A DNA stretch of 41,460 nucleotides, taken from a virus. Its lineage: Duplodnaviria > Caudoviricetes. Below the pieces are notes generated by a model. That model was not told the origin of the DNA, did no database searches, and saw only the letters and a list, made by a program, of their open reading frames with translations. Shown here piece by piece: positions 37,923 through 41,460 of the stretch (positions within the stretch are counted from its first letter, which is position 1; every line of letters begins with the position of its first letter). The translations under genes were made by a program, and so were the position numbers. Location: IMG/VR virus record IMGVR_UViG_3300009068_000072, positions 1 through 41,460 of that record; one strand, given 5' to 3'.

Positions 37923-39059
37923 TCCAAAAGAATAATTTCCGCCAGTAGAACTAATAATTGACTTGAGTGTAGAGTTTGGATGTTTATCCATGGTCTTAAT
38001 ATAAAGTTTTATTTTTTTGTTTATTAATAATTTTTCTAATAAATACAATCCATCTTTTGTTTCTGGATCTTGTAAATCACAAAACCAATAGATTGCATCT
38101 ACGTCTTGCATAGCTAGGTTTTCAAATGCTCTAAAGACTCTTGTTTCTGGAGCAATAACACATCCATCAACATAATCTACCACTGCATTAGGAAAGCTTT
38201 TCTTAACTTCTTTCTCTACCATTTCAGTATAAGGAGACATACTAAAAGAAATATCAAATAATACTCCTAGTTTTTTGGCTTTTATATTTGATCCAAATAC
38301 TTTGCCTTCTTTTAATCCATTTCCTCCGCCTCCATTACCAAAACCATTTCCTCCAGTTCCATTACCAGCACCACGCCCACCTAATATTGAACCTAATCCA
38401 TCTGAACTATAGCCATTAACTCCCGCCACTTTGCCTTCTTTGTATATAACTTCTTTGCCTGATTTTATTTGTTCTTTTGATTCTGCTGTTACAAAATGAA
38501 TAGGTTTTTTAGAATAACGAGATGTTATAACTGGCGCTGGTGCTATTACTATATTTTCTATTGGTAAATTTATTTTTTCGCTAAATACATTTAATCCAGC
38601 TGAAGTTGAGCTATTAGAATCATTATCTTGAGAGTTTTCTGCAAAATCTGGCTCTACAGAATCAATTGATTCACTTGGCGCAGAATCTGCTACGGCTTTC
38701 TCTTCTATATCTTTTGTTGAAATCTCAACATAAACCCATTCTGGAGCTTTCTCTACCCCTTTAAACATTATATATTTACTTCCAAGGAATAAACCTATAA
38801 GATGAACTGCTAAAGCTATAAGTATATAATTTTTGGATTTTAAAAATGGCAAGTATTTTTCTATTTTATTAAAAATATTATTAATTTTTTGACTTAAAAG
38901 TAATAAACTATTAACTGCATATTTGTAAGTTATACTTATAAGGGCTATAAAAATATCAACATATTTAGTAAAATTAAAGCTATTAGATGATAACCCTAGA
39001 TTATTGTATATAAAACTACAAATATATAAGACCACCAATAAGATAAATATACTACCCAT
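37914..39059 (-). CDS. Membrane-anchored protein with C-terminal vWA-like domain
   Basis: Hydrophobic N-terminal segments incl. ILIALAVHLIGLFLG, Gly-rich linker, FGSNIKAKKLGVLFDISFSM (DxSxS), DAIYWFCD. Confidence 0.7.
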   Translation of the reverse strand: MGSIFILLVVLYICSFIYNNLGLSSNSFNFTKYVDIFIALISITYKYAVNSLLLLSQKINNIFNKIEKYLPFLKSKNYILIALAVHLIGLFLGSKYIMFKGVEKAPEWVYVEISTKDIEEKAVADSAPSESIDSVEPDFAENSQDNDSNSSTSAGLNVFSEKINLPIENIVIAPAPVITSRYSKKPIHFVTAESKEQIKSGKEVIYKEGKVAGVNGYSSDGLGSILGGRGAGNGTGGNGFGNGGGGNGLKEGKVFGSNIKAKKLGVLFDISFSMSPYTEMVEKEVKKSFPNAVVDYVDGCVIAPETRVFRAFENLAMQDVDAIYWFCDLQDPETKDGLYLLEKLLINKKIKLYIKTMDKHPNSTLKSIISSTGGNYSFGLN

Positions 39060-39101
39060 TTAATGAGTATAGTATAAATTTATGAAAAATAAAAGAATAA
39101 T

Positions 39102-39341
39102 TTAAGTAAGTATAGGAGGAGGTCCGGGAGGACCCCAACATTTATTTATACATGGTGACCAACAGTAAGAAACTGGACAAAAAAAACATATTTTATGACC
39201 AGCTGCATCGGTTGTACTTCCCATATAAGTATCTATTGGTCCAATAGTGCCACATCGACAATTATTCGCGGGTGCAGGGCACTCAAGAGCTGTAAGATTT
39301 TTATAACAACCAATAGTTTGATCATCAAATGGATATGCCAT
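39102..39341 (-). CDS. Small Cys/Pro-rich protein
   Basis: 79 aa, 9 Cys; GTGTAAT at 39352-39358, 10 nt before ATG, supports expression. Confidence 0.65.
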   Translation of the reverse strand: MAYPFDDQTIGCYKNLTALECPAPANNCRCGTIGPIDTYMGSTTDAAGHKICFFCPVSYCWSPCINKCWGPPGPPPILT

Positions 39342-39359
39342 ATAAATATATATTACACA

Positions 39360-39697
39360 AATATAAAAGCTTGGGCGCTAATAAATGTAAGACTTTTTTT
39401 ATCAATAAGAAGCATAAGATCACTATACTTATCTAGCGCCGAAATGAATAAGGGTATATATAAGAAAGGGTTTAGGAGAAAAATAGTCCCCCGGATTTTT
39501 TTCTCTTGAAGGTTATTCTATTTTAATTAGTTTATATTGGTTTTTAGAAAAGGGGGGTATATATAAGGATATATAACATAAACAATTATTATAATAGGGG
39601 AGAATGATATAAACACCCCCACGGTCATTTAGAAAAACGAAGTGAGGTAAAGTTTTCAAAAATGGGGGTATAGCGTAAAAGATTTTGCTGATTATGC
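39360..39697. other. Non-coding strand-switch region (candidate genome end, pac site or origin)
   Basis: Divergence point of the two gene arms; direct repeat GGGTATATATAAG at 39452-39464 and 39555-39567; G and C tracts in AT-rich background. Confidence 0.45.
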
Positions 39698-39729
39698 GTA
39701 AGTTGTTATCAATCAACGAAATTTAAATG
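39698..39729 (+). repeat. Palindromic element copy A
   Basis: GTAAGT-TGTTA-TCAAT-CAACG-AAATTTAAATG. Confidence 0.7.
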
Positions 39730-39740
39730 GTAAAAATCCC

Positions 39741-39768
39741 TTGCACTATTCCTATTCTGTGATAGATT
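39741..39768 (+). promoter_or_regulatory. sigma70-type promoter
   Basis: TTGCAC-N16-TAGATT with extended TG; ATG follows 6 nt later. Confidence 0.75.
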
Positions 39769-39774
39769 ACCTAT

Positions 39775-39924
39775 ATGAAGAAATTAAGTAAATACGAACA
39801 ACTCATCGCAAACCTCAACAAAGCTAGCCAAGACCTTAAGGATGCCTCTACCAAGGCCATCGCTACCCTTGACGCTCACGCCAACAAGGTGGAAGCTATC
39901 CACCAAGAGGCGATGAATAAATAA
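39775..39924 (+). CDS. 49-aa helical microprotein (not in ORF track), paralog of 41086..41274
   Basis: MKKLSKYEQLIANLNKASQDLKDASTKAIATLDAHANKVEAIHQEAMNK. Confidence 0.75.
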   Translation: MKKLSKYEQLIANLNKASQDLKDASTKAIATLDAHANKVEAIHQEAMNK

Positions 39925-39927
39925 TTG

Positions 39928-39956
39928 TTGACGAAACATAACCAGAAAGGCATACT
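39928..39956 (+). promoter_or_regulatory. sigma70-type promoter
   Basis: TTGACG-N17-CATACT; ATG 39963 follows 6 nt later. Confidence 0.75.
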
Positions 39957-39962
39957 AAGACC

Positions 39963-40382
39963 ATGAAACAAAACCTCAAAATCAGTTACCAAACCTTCGG
40001 CGAAAACAATGCTTACCTTCTCGAAGGAAGCATCAAACAAATCAATCACTTCTTCAATAGTATCTACAATTGGGAAGGAACTAACGGCAAGTTGCACGAC
40101 ATGGGCAACGGCAAAGCGTTCTACTTCTACGCTCACCCAGATGATGTGAAGAAAGCTCTTGTTAAGGTTGCTCTTCATTCCTTGGTTAATAAGATTAACG
40201 CCAAAGGTCGCAAGGGTGGACTGATTGACCTTGCTACTACAAAGGCACAGAGCATCATCGATGAAATGACGCAAACTTGCTTCCTTTGGGGTGCGACTAG
40301 CTCCGAGGGATATAGTCTCGGCACTATCAGTGCAGAGAAGCCAAGTGATTACTGCGGTGCAATCAGCAATGGAAGGGACTAA
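39963..40382 (+). CDS. Hypothetical early protein
   Basis: 139-aa ORF directly behind its own promoter. Confidence 0.75.
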   Translation: MKQNLKISYQTFGENNAYLLEGSIKQINHFFNSIYNWEGTNGKLHDMGNGKAFYFYAHPDDVKKALVKVALHSLVNKINAKGRKGGLIDLATTKAQSIIDEMTQTCFLWGATSSEGYSLGTISAEKPSDYCGAISNGRD

Positions 40383-40386
40383 TAGT

Positions 40387-40764
40387 ATGACAGCAGAACT
40401 ATTCATCGTAGCACTCACAATACTAGGCGAAGCGAGGGGTGAAACCTTCGAAGGTATGGCTGGCGTTGCTAGCGTCATACAAACACGAATGGTAGAGCGT
40501 AAGCAAACAGCATCACAGGTTTGTCTATCGCCTAAACAATTCAGCTTCTGGAATGGTGGAGTGAGTGAAGCTACCAAGAAGAAGCTACTAGCAACAGCAC
40601 AAGGTAAGAACGCTCTTTACCTTGCAGACCTTGTTATCCATAAGCAGATGCCAGACATTGTGCGTGGTGCTAACCATTACCATGCTGTGAGCGTCTCGCC
40701 TAAATGGGCGAAGGACACGAAACTTGTTGCGACTATCCGCAATCATAAGTTTTACAGATTGTAA
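40387..40764 (+). CDS. Cell wall hydrolase, SleB/Hydrolase_2 family
   Basis: Probable start ATG 40387; LTILGEARGE..GMAGVASVIQTR..VC.SPKQFSFWN..GANHYHA..PKWA..IRNHKFY. Confidence 0.88.
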   Translation: MTAELFIVALTILGEARGETFEGMAGVASVIQTRMVERKQTASQVCLSPKQFSFWNGGVSEATKKKLLATAQGKNALYLADLVIHKQMPDIVRGANHYHAVSVSPKWAKDTKLVATIRNHKFYRL

Positions 40765-40765
40765 G

Positions 40766-40793
40766 TTGACAAACTATAAAGGAGTGATAAGAT
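40766..40793 (+). promoter_or_regulatory. sigma70-type promoter
   Basis: TTGACA-N16-TAAGAT with extended TG; ATG 40800 follows 6 nt later. Confidence 0.8.
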
Positions 40794-40799
40794 AATCCT

Positions 40800-40946
40800 A
40801 TGAATCAAACCATCATAACCATAAAAGATTTGATTGAGAATCTTGCGGAAGAAATTGAATCAGTAGTTGAATGCTGGAAAGATAAACCCATCAAAGGTAA
40901 AATCGCAGTCAATTGGAATCCTATGAAAACAGATTGGAGAAAATAA
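40800..40946 (+). CDS. 48-aa microprotein (not in ORF track)
   Basis: MNQTIITIKDLIENLAEEIESVVECWKDKPIKGKIAVNWNPMKTDWRK. Confidence 0.65.
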   Translation: MNQTIITIKDLIENLAEEIESVVECWKDKPIKGKIAVNWNPMKTDWRK

Positions 40947-40959
40947 AAACTCTACCCTT

Positions 40960-41041
40960 GTAAGTAGCTGAATACCAACGACTTACGACGGGCGGGCAGC
41001 GTTTTCGTTGTAACTCGTTGATGGTCAATGAAATTTAAATG
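40960..41041 (+). repeat. Palindromic element copies B and C separated by a GC-rich spacer
   Basis: B GTAAGT-AGCTG-AATAC-CAACG-ACTTAC (40960-40986); C GTAACT-CGTTG-ATGGT-CAATG-AAATTTAAATG (41010-41041). Confidence 0.75.
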
Positions 41042-41051
41042 AAAAAATATC

Positions 41052-41079
41052 TTGCAAAATTTCTAAAATGTGATAAATT
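41052..41079 (+). promoter_or_regulatory. sigma70-type promoter
   Basis: TTGCAA-N16-TAAATT with extended TG; ATG 41086 follows 6 nt later. Confidence 0.75.
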
Positions 41080-41085
41080 AAGAGT

Positions 41086-41274
41086 ATGAAAAGAAAAACA
41101 AAACTCGAAATCCTCCTCGGAAATTTAGACAAAGCCTCGGCTGACCTCAAAAAAGCCGTTGAAGAATCACAAAAGAGACTCGATGAAAGTTTCTCGAAAT
41201 ACGAACACAAAGTTGAAGTTGCTCATCATAACTCTATGATAATCAACGAAAAACAAATTGAAGAAATAATTTGA
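41086..41274 (+). CDS. 62-aa helical microprotein, paralog of 39775..39924
   Basis: KLEILLGNLDKASADLK..LD..KVE aligns with KYEQLIANLNKASQDLK..LD..KVE. Confidence 0.75.
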   Translation: MKRKTKLEILLGNLDKASADLKKAVEESQKRLDESFSKYEHKVEVAHHNSMIINEKQIEEII

Positions 41275-41298
41275 CTTTTGAGGATTTTCTGGTAAACT
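41271..41298 (+). promoter_or_regulatory. sigma70-type promoter preceded by degenerate palindromic element D (41228-41260)
   Basis: TTGACT-N16-TAAACT with extended TG. Confidence 0.7.
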
Positions 41299-41347
41299 AT
41301 ATACATAACAATAAAAGATAACAAATAACAAAGAAAGAAAAAATAAA

Positions 41348-41460
41348 ATGACTCATAGAATGATAAACTGGAATTTTCAACGAAAACAAATGCGTGAAAA
41401 TATGCGAAAAAATATGGATACTACTGAATCCATCATAACTAACTCTAACAATACACCAAC
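41348..41460 (+). CDS. Partial ORF running off the window edge
   Basis: ATG 41348 (MTHRMINWNFQRKQMRENM...), open to the end, downstream of a promoter; true start uncertain. Confidence 0.45.
   Translation, partial: MTHRMINWNFQRKQMRENMRKNMDTTESIITNSNNTP

Noticed and set aside
39195-39716. ORFs 39195..39509(+) and 39513..39716(-)
   Set aside because: Non-globular composition, no promoter or SD support; they lie across the repeat-rich strand-switch region
40291-40386. N-terminal extension of the SleB ORF
   Set aside because: Overlaps the upstream gene; ATG 40387 just after its stop gives a complete domain
39876-40577. 233-aa minus-strand ORF
   Set aside because: Antisense to three plus-strand genes that have promoters or a recognisable SleB domain; no recognisable motif
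1-41460. Stop-codon reassignment, tRNA/rRNA genes, integrase, intein in TerL
   Set aside because: Core genes are full length and densely packed in the standard code; no cloverleaf, integrase or intein signature recognised by eye (a tRNAscan-SE run would be decisive for tRNAs)

Overview
AT-rich segment of a large tailed dsDNA bacteriophage (Caudoviricetes), probably a siphovirus because a tail tube and long tape measure are present and no sheath gene is seen in the window. Positions 1-39341 are mostly a minus-strand packaging and virion module. In reading order it encodes PhoH, a Zn-ribbon protein, a phage sigma factor, an ERCC4-type nuclease, TerL, portal, a fibre protein, a GT4 glycosyltransferase, a lysis cassette interleaved with two LamG genes, an HNH endonuclease, prohead protease/scaffold, decoration protein, major capsid protein, a collagen/repeat fibre, neck proteins, tail tube, and a >1959-aa tape measure protein (TMP). 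The TMP runs off the left edge and is absent from the ORF track. Most transcription units carry a GTGTAA motif just upstream of the start codon, a probable phage late promoter. After a non-coding strand-switch region (~39360-39700), a plus-strand array of microgenes begins; most have their own sigma70-type promoter, four are apparently leaderless, and three promoters are preceded by a 27-bp palindromic element. The most interesting signals are (1) four G[FY][IV]PN[FL] motifs in the TMP that bracket a ~250-aa insert with a PD-(D/E)xK-like signature, a candidate co-injected effector cassette, (2) the sigma/GTGTAA regulon, (3) the palindrome-promoter-microgene cassettes, and (4) an HNH gene that may have split a head-module gene. 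All product calls come from motif reading and synteny; no database search was run.
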